The translations under genes and the position numbers were made by a program. This document shows, one piece after another, positions 19,155 to 28,700 of a stretch of DNA of 64,000 nt (positions within the stretch are counted from its first letter, which is position 1; each line of letters starts with the position of its first letter). The notes beneath the pieces were generated by a model, which ran no database searches, had not been told where the DNA came from, and saw only the letters and a program-made list of their open reading frames with translations. Origin of the DNA: Candidatus Poribacteria bacterium (GTDB lineage: Bacteria; Poribacteria; WGA-4E; UBA9662); NCBI GenBank assembly GCA_036339735.1, contig JAYZAL010000064.1:77655-141654 (forward strand), in the 5' to 3' direction.

Positions 19155-20690
19155 ATGATGAAGGTCAACCGTCGGTCATTCTTAAAACTATCTACTGCAG
19201 CATTGATTAGTGCATGTCAAAAAGATAAGACAAGTGTCTCGCCCGATGATATTGCTTACAGTGTTCGTATTGATTCCGATCAGGAAGTAGGTCATCAGAT
19301 ATTGTGGAGACATAGTTTAGGAAAGGGAACTCTAAAAAATACGGATTACTTGATCGTTGGCGGTGGGTTGTCAGGTTTATCAGCAGCCACACAACTAGCC
19401 GGTCGAAATTTTGTCTTATGTGAATTGTCTTCCCAATTGGGGGGGACTTCTAGTCAACAGGTTTTTGCGGGCGAGTCATTCTCTCAAGGTGCTCATTATG
19501 ATTTAGCTTACCCTGCCAACTATGGTAAAGAAGTTTTAAGACTCTTGGAACAGCTTAAGATCATTCGGTTGGACCCGACGCAAGGCTTGTGGGGTTTTGT
19601 TGATAAAAAATACCTGATCAACGAAAATCAGGCAGAATTGATTTGGACTCAAAAAGGGTTTCGCCATGAGATGTTACCAAAGGGGCTGCCCAAAACTGAG
19701 TTTCTAGAATTGATCAGTCAATACCAAGGTCATATGAGGCTGCCAACTCGATTGATCGATAGTCAGTTTCATAATCTAAATCGGATTACCTTCAGAGACT
19801 TCCTCATCCAGTCATTACATTTTCATCGAGAATTTGAGAACCTCATTGACTACCAAATGCACGATGATTATGGGGCTGGTTCTCGGCATGTATCCGCTCT
19901 CGCGGGTATTCACTACTATGCTTGTCGCCCTTACTATAATAAAAAGGTTGAGTTGTTTTCACCACCAGAAGGTAACTACTATTTCGTCCAAAAATTAGCA
20001 AATGAACTTGATCCTACGAAACTAAAAACTCAACATTTGGTTAGATCTATCAAGTCTATTCAATCCGGCTTTCGGGTGGAAGTAGCAGATTTATCTACTG
20101 GACTTCTCGATGTTTATAAAACTCAATTCATCATTTACGCAGGACAAAAGCATTCTTTATCCTATGTTTTTCAAGCTGATGCCCATTTGTTTACTGAAAA
20201 CATTTATGCACCTTGGCTGGTTGTGAACTTTATACTACGAAATCAACTTCGTACCGATGCCTATTGGCAAAACGATATGATTTTTGAATCAGATGAACCC
20301 CATAAACGGAAATTTATGGGGTTTATAGACAATGCAGGTCAAGTTCAGCGAAACCCAAATGTTCGGGTTTTGACAGCTTATTATTGCTTTGCACCAGATC
20401 AACGACAATTCTTGAGTCAAATCAAAACACACGCCGCAAATATCGTTGCTAAAACAATCAAACAGATTAATACTCACCTTGATCAGGAGATTACTCCCCT
20501 AATTCAGGGGGTTTTTTTGAAAGTTTTAGGGCATGCCATGCCGATACCAACTGTGAACTACCTGTTCAATGATCAAAATAAATATCGATCAAAATCTAAT
20601 CTAGTTTACGCAGGGGTTGATAATGGTCGATTACCATTACTGTTTGAAGCCATCGATAGTGGTATTCAAGCCGTTAAACTCCTCGATTAA
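19155..20690 (+). CDS. Tat-exported FAD-dependent oxidoreductase (amine-oxidase-like), probable lipoprotein
   Basis: NRRSFLK twin-arginine motif plus ISAC lipobox; IVGGGLSGLSAA, LGGTS, GAHY, DDYG...VSALAGIHY, GHAMPIP, LFEA. Confidence 0.8.
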   Translation: MMKVNRRSFLKLSTAALISACQKDKTSVSPDDIAYSVRIDSDQEVGHQILWRHSLGKGTLKNTDYLIVGGGLSGLSAATQLAGRNFVLCELSSQLGGTSSQQVFAGESFSQGAHYDLAYPANYGKEVLRLLEQLKIIRLDPTQGLWGFVDKKYLINENQAELIWTQKGFRHEMLPKGLPKTEFLELISQYQGHMRLPTRLIDSQFHNLNRITFRDFLIQSLHFHREFENLIDYQMHDDYGAGSRHVSALAGIHYYACRPYYNKKVELFSPPEGNYYFVQKLANELDPTKLKTQHLVRSIKSIQSGFRVEVADLSTGLLDVYKTQFIIYAGQKHSLSYVFQADAHLFTENIYAPWLVVNFILRNQLRTDAYWQNDMIFESDEPHKRKFMGFIDNAGQVQRNPNVRVLTAYYCFAPDQRQFLSQIKTHAANIVAKTIKQINTHLDQEITPLIQGVFLKVLGHAMPIPTVNYLFNDQNKYRSKSNLVYAGVDNGRLPLLFEAIDSGIQAVKLLD

Positions 20691-20723
20691 AACTCATTTA
20701 TTGATAAATAGACAGAGTCTTTC

Positions 20724-20753
20724 TTGTTCATGAGAGTTATCCTATGGTATGAT
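20724..20753 (+). promoter_or_regulatory. Sigma70-type promoter (TTGTTC-18 bp-TATGAT, with extended TG)
   Basis: -35 at 20724-20729 and -10 at 20748-20753, about 310 nt upstream of the next start codon. Confidence 0.45.
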
Positions 20754-20755
20754 TT

Positions 20756-21062
20756 GGCCGTTTATTCCGGCCCCGACTGCTGTCAAAGAATAGTCAATCC
20801 CATGACATCGTAAGAGACATTCGTCGGGTTGAGTGTCGGTTTGCCTAACGGGACTCGCGTTGTTTCATTGTTATACATAGTTCAGCTTATCCTGCTTAGT
20901 AAATCGGAGACACGGGCTGAGTTGTACTTCTTACAACCAAAAGACACGTAGAGAATAAGTTCTCCTGCAAGATCTGTTTATAAAGTATATATTCGGTAAT
21001 GATGACAATAGGAGGTACAGTTTCCTCACTATAGAAAGCGTGGGGGCGGCTGCGAGTATTTT
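20756..21062 (+). ncRNA. Candidate structured 5' leader or ncRNA of unknown family
   Basis: Several nested GC-rich stems in an AT-rich genome and no long ORF; I recognise no known riboswitch consensus. Confidence 0.35.
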
Positions 21063-21854
21063 ATGAAAGTCGGCTTATGTACAATTGCTTTCCGTGAGCG
21101 TTCTCTGGAGGACGTTATTTCTATTGCTTCTGACTATGGTTTTGATGGGGTTGAGATTTGGGGGAAACCCCCCCATATGCCTGAGGAGTATGACGTAAAG
21201 TACATTGAAAAAGTTCGAAACCTTGTCAGTTCTAAAGGATTGGAAGTGACCGCCTTCGGGTCCTATGTTCACCCATTATTATCACTACACCAAAAACACT
21301 TTGAAGTGGCCGCAAATATCGCGCAAGGCCTAGGAACTAGACTGTTGAGGATTTGGTCTGGTGGAGGCTCATCCAAAAGTATTTTGCCGACAGATAAACG
21401 TTCTCTCTTCTTTCGTCTGTCTAGCTTGTCACAATGGGCTCAATTTCGGGAACTAACACTGGGTTTAGAAATGCACGATAATAATTTCAGCGATTCAGCT
21501 ACCACAACCCAGGAATTGCTAGATTATGTCAAGTCTCCTGCGCTCAAAACGTACTGGCAACCGTCTTTTCGCTCTGGTGCCGATGACCCAATTGAGTCAA
21601 TTGAGCTGCTGGGTAAAAAGATTATTAATGTTCACGCGCAAAATGCTGATGAAAACGGAAAAGGTTGTGGACTGGCTGATGGTATCATAGATTATAATGA
21701 AGTCGTACAAAAATTGGCTGATATCGGTTACGATGGGTATTTAGAGGTGGAGTTTATTCATGGTGAGAATAAACTTTCGGCATTACAGAGGGATCGAGAC
21801 TTTCTTGTTAGCCTGACTGATACCATTGCTTACTCGTCCAGCCAAAATATTTAG
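21063..21854 (+). CDS. Sugar phosphate isomerase/epimerase (TIM barrel)
   Basis: GFDGVEIWG, LEMH, NVHAQN, GYDGYLEVEF. Confidence 0.87.
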   Translation: MKVGLCTIAFRERSLEDVISIASDYGFDGVEIWGKPPHMPEEYDVKYIEKVRNLVSSKGLEVTAFGSYVHPLLSLHQKHFEVAANIAQGLGTRLLRIWSGGGSSKSILPTDKRSLFFRLSSLSQWAQFRELTLGLEMHDNNFSDSATTTQELLDYVKSPALKTYWQPSFRSGADDPIESIELLGKKIINVHAQNADENGKGCGLADGIIDYNEVVQKLADIGYDGYLEVEFIHGENKLSALQRDRDFLVSLTDTIAYSSSQNI

Positions 21855-21877
21855 TTGTAAGTATAATTTGTACTACA

Positions 21878-22801
21878 ATGGACAACTCCAAAGTTTTTGA
21901 TCTTTCTCCTTACCCATTACTACAGCAGATAGGACAAACACCTCTGGTGCAAGTTGATCTAACCAGAGATCAGTTTCCAGGGATTGAGGTTTATGCTAAA
22001 GCCGAAATGCTTAATCCTGGTGGGTCAATAAAAGATCGACCAGTTCTTCGTATGCTAACTCAGGCGATTCTAGATGGCAACCTTACAAAAGACAAGGTGA
22101 TTCTGGATTCTAGTTCTGGAAATGCCGGCATTGCCTATTCGATGATTGGAGCAGTATTGGGATATGAAGTTGAACTAGTTATACCGGAAAATGCCAGCCA
22201 AGAAAGAAAAAAACGAATGCAGGCACACAATGCGAACATGATATTCACTGATGCAGTCCATGGCTATGATGAAGCACTCAGAGAAGTACATCGCCGTTAT
22301 CACGCCTTACCTGAAAAGTATTTCATGGCTGATCAATATAAAAACGAAAATAACTGGCGTGCGCACTTTGAGACGACAGCAGTTGAAATTTTGCAGCAAA
22401 CGGAGGGTAAAATTACCCATTTTGTCGCCGGAGTTGGAACAGGTGGTACGATCACAGGTGTTGGTAGGCGATTGAAAGAGTTTAATCCTAATATTCAGAT
22501 TTGCTCAATTGTGCCAGACGACTTCCCTGGTATAGAAGGTTTGAAACCTTTAGGGAGACCGGAAGATATTGTGCCAGAAATTTATGATGACAGCGTAGTT
22601 GATGTAAAATTACCGGTTACTATTGACGATGCTTACGATATGTGTAATGAATTAGCGCGTAAAGGTTGGTTTGTAGGTCAATCTTCAGGTGCTTACATGA
22701 AAGGCGTATACGATATCGCCAGAGAAATTCGAGAAGGCCTAATTGTTACCATATTTTGTGATCTAGGTGAGCGTTACTTTAGTACTCGTTTATGGGATTA
22801 G
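21878..22801 (+). CDS. cysM: PLP-dependent cysteine synthase, CysM-type
   Basis: KAEMLNPGGSIKDR (PLP lysine), SSGNAG, GVGTGGT, GQSSGA, DLGERYFST. Confidence 0.88.
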   Translation: MDNSKVFDLSPYPLLQQIGQTPLVQVDLTRDQFPGIEVYAKAEMLNPGGSIKDRPVLRMLTQAILDGNLTKDKVILDSSSGNAGIAYSMIGAVLGYEVELVIPENASQERKKRMQAHNANMIFTDAVHGYDEALREVHRRYHALPEKYFMADQYKNENNWRAHFETTAVEILQQTEGKITHFVAGVGTGGTITGVGRRLKEFNPNIQICSIVPDDFPGIEGLKPLGRPEDIVPEIYDDSVVDVKLPVTIDDAYDMCNELARKGWFVGQSSGAYMKGVYDIAREIREGLIVTIFCDLGERYFSTRLWD

Positions 22802-22823
22802 AGACAAGGGAAACAGGAAACAT

Positions 22824-24110
22824 ATGGCAGAAGTACTTCCGTTCCAAGGTGTTCGTTTCAATACTGACCGGATCACTGATCCAGAGAATGTTATCGCGCC
22901 ACCCTACGATGTGATTTATGAAGCTGATCGTATTGCGTTAGAAAAACAGCATCCGAATAATATTGTCCGTCTAATTTTAAGTCAGCCTACTGATCAAGAT
23001 ACGGACCAGAATAATCAATATACGCGTGCGGCCAGTAGCTTACGTAAGTGGTTACAAGATGGTATTTTGTTACAAGACTCTAAACCATGTTACTACATTT
23101 ACGATCAAGGCTTTATCACACCTGATGGAAAAGACTATATTCGTCGAGCGCTTGTGGCCGTGGGCAAATTACATCAGTTTGCTGACCGCGTGATTTTACC
23201 ACACGAAAAAACGCTCGCGGCTCCTAAAGCCGATCGCCTTAATTTGATGCGTCAAACACACGCCCAACTTAGTCCAATTTTTTTGCTTTATTCTGACCAG
23301 GAAGGAATAGTTGAGCAAGAGATGGAAGCTTTTACACAAAACCACAGGCCATCCATGGATTTAAGTGAGAAATTTGGCTCAACTCACCGAGTATGGAAAG
23401 TCGATGATATTACTGTTGGTCGGCGAATTCGGCAATCATTTGTCAATAAGTCATTATTAATTGCCGATGGGCACCACCGCTATGAGACTGCTTTGGCCTT
23501 CCGAGATGAAATGAAAGCTAAAAAACAAGATTGGTCTCTTCAGGATCCATGTAACTATGTAATGATGAATTTGGTTTGTATGGAATCTGATGGGTTAGCT
23601 GTACTTCCCATCAACCGACTTTTGCATAATTTAGACCCCGCAGTCATCCAAAAAGCCCAGAATGAGTTAATTAGTCGTTTTGAATTGCAGGTTTTTGGTG
23701 ATTTAGACAGTTTGAAATCAGCTCAAACTAAGTTGGCTAATATCAAACCATCATTTGGTTATTACACTGGTGGTAGTCAGTTTCAATTGATAATTGCACA
23801 ACCTCCAAGTCAAACAGAATCAAGCTTGAATCGTTTGGATATTAAAATTTTACATGACCAAATCATCAAAAATATATTTGGTATCGATACAACCGTTGCC
23901 GAAGACCAGAAAAAAATTAGTTATAAAGCCAATACAGAACAAGCGATTGAATCAGTTTCGTCTGGCGAATTTCAAGCTGCTATTTTGCCTAACCCGACCA
24001 GTGTTAGCCAAGTATATGATGTGGCATTGGAAGGTGAGACAATGCCTCAGAAATCTACATTCTTCTACCCTAAGCTTGCTACGGGTATTGCGATACATCT
24101 AATGCGCTAG
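22824..24110 (+). CDS. DUF1015 family protein (ParB/Srx-like motifs)
   Basis: APPYDVI, ILPHEKT, IADGHHRYETA, MPQKSTFFYPKL; start placed at ATG 22824. Confidence 0.9.
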   Translation: MAEVLPFQGVRFNTDRITDPENVIAPPYDVIYEADRIALEKQHPNNIVRLILSQPTDQDTDQNNQYTRAASSLRKWLQDGILLQDSKPCYYIYDQGFITPDGKDYIRRALVAVGKLHQFADRVILPHEKTLAAPKADRLNLMRQTHAQLSPIFLLYSDQEGIVEQEMEAFTQNHRPSMDLSEKFGSTHRVWKVDDITVGRRIRQSFVNKSLLIADGHHRYETALAFRDEMKAKKQDWSLQDPCNYVMMNLVCMESDGLAVLPINRLLHNLDPAVIQKAQNELISRFELQVFGDLDSLKSAQTKLANIKPSFGYYTGGSQFQLIIAQPPSQTESSLNRLDIKILHDQIIKNIFGIDTTVAEDQKKISYKANTEQAIESVSSGEFQAAILPNPTSVSQVYDVALEGETMPQKSTFFYPKLATGIAIHLMR

Positions 24111-24272
24111 ATACAGTAAAGCTGGAAATGTATATTTGAAATTAGAAATTAAATCTGATTTGTTACTATTCGTTTGCTGGGTTATTGGCTTTAAGTAAGA
24201 CGGACAGAAATTAGATTTCGTATTATAATCGTCTCAATAAGCCGATTCCGTCGGCGGGGAGTAATTCATCGA

Positions 24273-24611
24273 GTGAGAAAAGCAAATAGGAAACAGCGGT
24301 TTCATCAACGCAAACGAACTAAGAGTGCCAACCAAAATAACAAGAATAAGAAAAAGGTAAATCAACCTCAAACGACTGTTGAAGAACAAAGTCCATCCAA
24401 CGACCAAAAAATTAAGGCTGAAGGTGCAATTCTAGAAGCATTGCCAAATGCAACATTTCGGGTTGAGCTAGAGAATGGACATGAAGTGATGGCCCATATA
24501 TCAGGCAAAATGAGAAAATATTTCATCCGTATTATGCCAGGAGACAAAGTCACAGTTGAATTATCTCCTTACGATTTGACACGCGGGCGAATCACTTACC
24601 GAATTCCGTAA
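24273..24611 (+). CDS. infA: Translation initiation factor IF-1 with N-terminal extension
   Basis: [53 protein letters not shown]. Confidence 0.93.
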   Translation: MRKANRKQRFHQRKRTKSANQNNKNKKKVNQPQTTVEEQSPSNDQKIKAEGAILEALPNATFRVELENGHEVMAHISGKMRKYFIRIMPGDKVTVELSPYDLTRGRITYRIP

Positions 24612-24682
24612 ATTAGAACTATGAAATAAACGTCAACCCACAATCAAATCTCCAACGTAACCAAGAAGGCTAATCTAGTCCA

Positions 24683-25525
24683 ATGCGGCTATCTGCACTG
24701 ACGGTTTTTGTTGACCCTCAACAACCTGAACTCGATCGACTTCAGAAAGAACTCCGTTCCATGCGTAGGCGGGTTATGAGAATGACAGTCGATCTAGAAA
24801 AATTGAATGTGGCTGTTTTGAATGTGGAACAAGAATACCAATTGCGTCTTTCTAGAGCTTACAGAGAACTGGAAGAAACGGAACTCTCCACACAACAATT
24901 CCAGTTACGCCTGAGGTTAGTTAGCGAAGGAGTCGCAACTGATGCAATCGAAAATAGAGTTGCAGATTGCTTTGAAAGTAGATGGGAACGACTGAATAAC
25001 TTGTATTCAACTAATCCCAATGCTAAGGTCGATACTACCTCACCTGACCCCATCAATAATTCTCGACAAGAACAACTACAACAAGTTTATCATCAATTAG
25101 CAAAAAGCTTCCACCCGGACAAAGCATCAGTTAATCTACCCGATTCCGAAATGATGGTTCGTATTAATCGAGCTTACGAAACGAATGATCTGAAAACGTT
25201 ACTAAGGATTCAAGAAGGCTCTAGCAACATAGATTCCATTGATAAATCAGAATCAGTAGTTGTTCAAAAAAAACGGATTGAGTGGGCTATTAGAAGAACA
25301 AAAAGATTTATTGGAGATCTCACAATCGAAATAGCAAGAGTAAAATCTAGTGAGGGGTATCGACTGAAGACCGCTTTTGATGATTGCCAGAAAAATGGGA
25401 AAGATCTGTTTTCTGATCTCATTAAAGATGTACAGCGTAAGACAAATCGGGCTAATCAACATCTACAAGCGCTACGGAAAAAATTTAATCGGATTTTGTC
25501 AACCAAACGTAGGGTAGAGGAGTAG
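24683..25525 (+). CDS. Coiled-coil protein with central J domain
   Basis: YHQLAKSFHPDK...MVRINRAYE flanked by long helical segments. Confidence 0.8.
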   Translation: MRLSALTVFVDPQQPELDRLQKELRSMRRRVMRMTVDLEKLNVAVLNVEQEYQLRLSRAYRELEETELSTQQFQLRLRLVSEGVATDAIENRVADCFESRWERLNNLYSTNPNAKVDTTSPDPINNSRQEQLQQVYHQLAKSFHPDKASVNLPDSEMMVRINRAYETNDLKTLLRIQEGSSNIDSIDKSESVVVQKKRIEWAIRRTKRFIGDLTIEIARVKSSEGYRLKTAFDDCQKNGKDLFSDLIKDVQRKTNRANQHLQALRKKFNRILSTKRRVEE

Positions 25526-25701
25526 GTCACCAATGGCTCTATCTTATTCGTTTGTTTAGGCTAGGACTCGCTCTGTTCAAACAAAGAGTCAGTATTAAAT
25601 ATCACAATTCTTTTCCTAAAAGGTCATAATAGATAATTTTCGTTGATCTTGGCATCTTTACTTAACCTATTGACTTCAACATACAGACAGGAATCTACCA
25701 C

Positions 25702-28700
25702 ATGCCACGGACCAAATTGACTTACCTAATTTTATCCAATTTTTTGAGTATGACTGCTCTTGTTTTTGTTATTAGCCTATTCGCTGGTTGTGTCACAAAA
25801 GAAATTACGCGACGAGCTGATTGGGAAACTGATTTTCACGATATTCACTTTATCAATCACCGACTGGGTTGGGTAGTGGGAGACGCAGGACTTATTGTTC
25901 ATACCAATGACGGCGGAAAAACTTGGCAGAGACAAGAAACCCTGATTGATGGGGACTTCAATTCAGTATTTTTTGCAAATGCAAATGAAGGATGGGCTGT
26001 TGGCTTCGAAGGATTAATTGCTCATACTGATGACGGTGGAAAGCATTGGCAGTTACAAAAAAGCGGCAGTTCTGCGAACTTCAACGATGTATATTTTGCG
26101 AACTCCAAAGTGGGTTGGATTGTTGGTGAAGGTGCTGATGTTCTCTATACTCAGAATGGCGGGAAAGACTGGAAACGCTACCCATATGTAAGCGAATTCC
26201 CCCTAAATGGGGTTTGGTTTGCCAATAAATTTCGAGGTTGGTGTGTTGGTGAATATGATCGAATATTCTTCACAGAAGATGGTGGGCGTAGTTGGCAAGA
26301 ACAGAGTAACCGTCGTTCAGGCGAGCGAGATCGTTTGATAAATGATAACAAAAGTGTCTTTTTCTTGAATGAAAACGAAGGCTGGCTAGTTGGTAGCGAC
26401 GGCTCAGTATTCCATACTAACAATGGTGGAGCTGACTGGCAAAAACAGGATAGTCGTATACCATTGATTAATGGTCATGTACGAGACACTATTAACAGTA
26501 TTGACTTCGTTAATTCAGAAAATGGAATTGCTGTAGCTGATGTTGGCTTTATTATTTACACATCTGACGGTGGTGAAAATTGGCAGCTATGTGACAATAT
26601 TACCGAAAATAATTTAACTTCCATTCAGTTTATTACAGACCAGGTTGCCTATGCAGTCGGTTGGTATGGAACTATTATGAAAACAATTAATGGAGGAGAA
26701 AAATGGGAGATGTTAAGTGGTACGACAGCCAATGATCTAGAGCAAGTTACCTTTGCAACTGGTGATGTTGGAATCGCTGTCGGTAAGCGCGGTACAATCA
26801 CCATGACTCAGGATGGAGGGGAGACATGGACAGAAGTTGATTCGGAAATCTGGGATGACATCAATGGTATCTACTTTGCCACTGATAAAGAAGGATGGGC
26901 TGTTGGTTCTCGTGGAATGATTACTCATACCACGGATGGTGGGTTGAACTGGGAACACCAGAAAAGTGGCTGGTGGTATGCTTTGACCGATGTTTATTTT
27001 GTCAATACTAAAAAGGGGTGGGTCGTCGGGGATATGGGTACGATCCTACATACCGCAGATGGTGGTAAAAATTGGGTACAGCAAACCCCTGGTGAATTCC
27101 AACAACTCAAGGGTGTCTTTTTTCTAAATGAAAAGTTAGGTTGGGCAATTGGTTGGCCAGGAATCTGTTTACATACTAAAAATGGTGGGTTGACTTGGAA
27201 CCAACAAACAACCGGAACATATAATGAGTTATATGGTGTTTTTTTTCTGAGTGAAAAATTAGGTTGGATAGTTGGACAATTCGGCGAAATTTTGCATACT
27301 AAAGATGGTGGAGAAAACTGGAAATTCCAACGCAGTGGTACAGAGAATAATCTAAACAAAATTTTCTTTGGAGATGCTAATCATGGTCTGGCTGTAGGTG
27401 ATGATGGTGTAGTTCTTACGACTACCTCTGGGGGAAAGAAATGGGACATTCAAGAAAGTGAAACGAAAAATGATTTGTATGGGTTTGCCCTATCTCCCAA
27501 AGGTATGATCGCGGTTGGTAAAGGTGGATTAGCTATGAAATTTGCACTGACCGAAGATCAAGAATTGCCGATTGAACTTCCACCAGTCGCTAGCACAGAA
27601 AAGACCGATGAGATAAAAGTCGAAATAGAAGTTGAAGAAGTCTTTTACCATTGGGAAGTAGTCCGTAAAACAGAGTGGCAGGTTGATTTGAATGATGTTT
27701 ACTTCACTGATCAAAAATTTGGTTGGGCTGTTGGTACTGAAGGAAGGATTGTTCATACTACTGACGGGGGAAATACATGGCAACCGCAACATAGTGGTGT
27801 TGATGATGATCTGCAGCGAGTATCTTTTATTGATAAAGAAACTGGTTGGATATTCGCTCGGGGATTAATGTTGAGAACTGTAGATGGAGGCCAGACATGG
27901 CAAGTTTTGAGAGGGGTACTTCAAAACTTTAGAGGTGGTATTTCTACTCTTCAATTTCTGAATCATCGAGAAGGTTGGTTAGGTGTGACACAAGGTCAGA
28001 CACTATATACAACCGATGGTGGCTTAACATGGAAAGTACAAAGAAGCGGAACAACCACTCAAGCTATCAGTGATCTACACTTTATCGATAGCAAAAAGGG
28101 TTGGGCTGTTGCTCCACAAAGGCGGGATGGAGGGTTTCTGCTACATACCACAGATAGTGGAAATTATTGGAAAATTCAAGAAAAAACGAATCAGGCTGCT
28201 ATAGCTGTCCATTTTAGCAATGATGGACAAAACGGTTGGTTACTCTTATCAGATGCATCGTCTCTCTTGACAAAAAATGGTGGAAAAACTTGGAAAAGAC
28301 AACAAACTGATTTTGAAGGTCGTATTAATCGTGTGTCATTTTTGAGCCAGAAACAAGCTTGGGCATTTACCGATAGCCAGTCAATTGTTATGACAAAAGA
28401 TCGCGGTATATCTTGGCGGGAGTTGTTTCTTGATGGCCGTCCACCACGCGAAATTCAGGAGGACTCAACTGAAAAAATAGATCAGGACAAGACAAAATTA
28501 CCGACAGAGAAAGATGCTGTAGACGAATTCCAGACGCTATTAGAAAAACGTGGTATGGAAAATAGCCGATTCAACCGAGTCGCCAGTAATCAGACAGAAT
28601 CATCAGACAGAAGTCCGAAGAACAAAAAGAAGGAGTCTGATGTTGAAAAAGATGAAGAGTTGTTAGTGGATACAGATGAAGGGCTTACTGTACCAAATAG

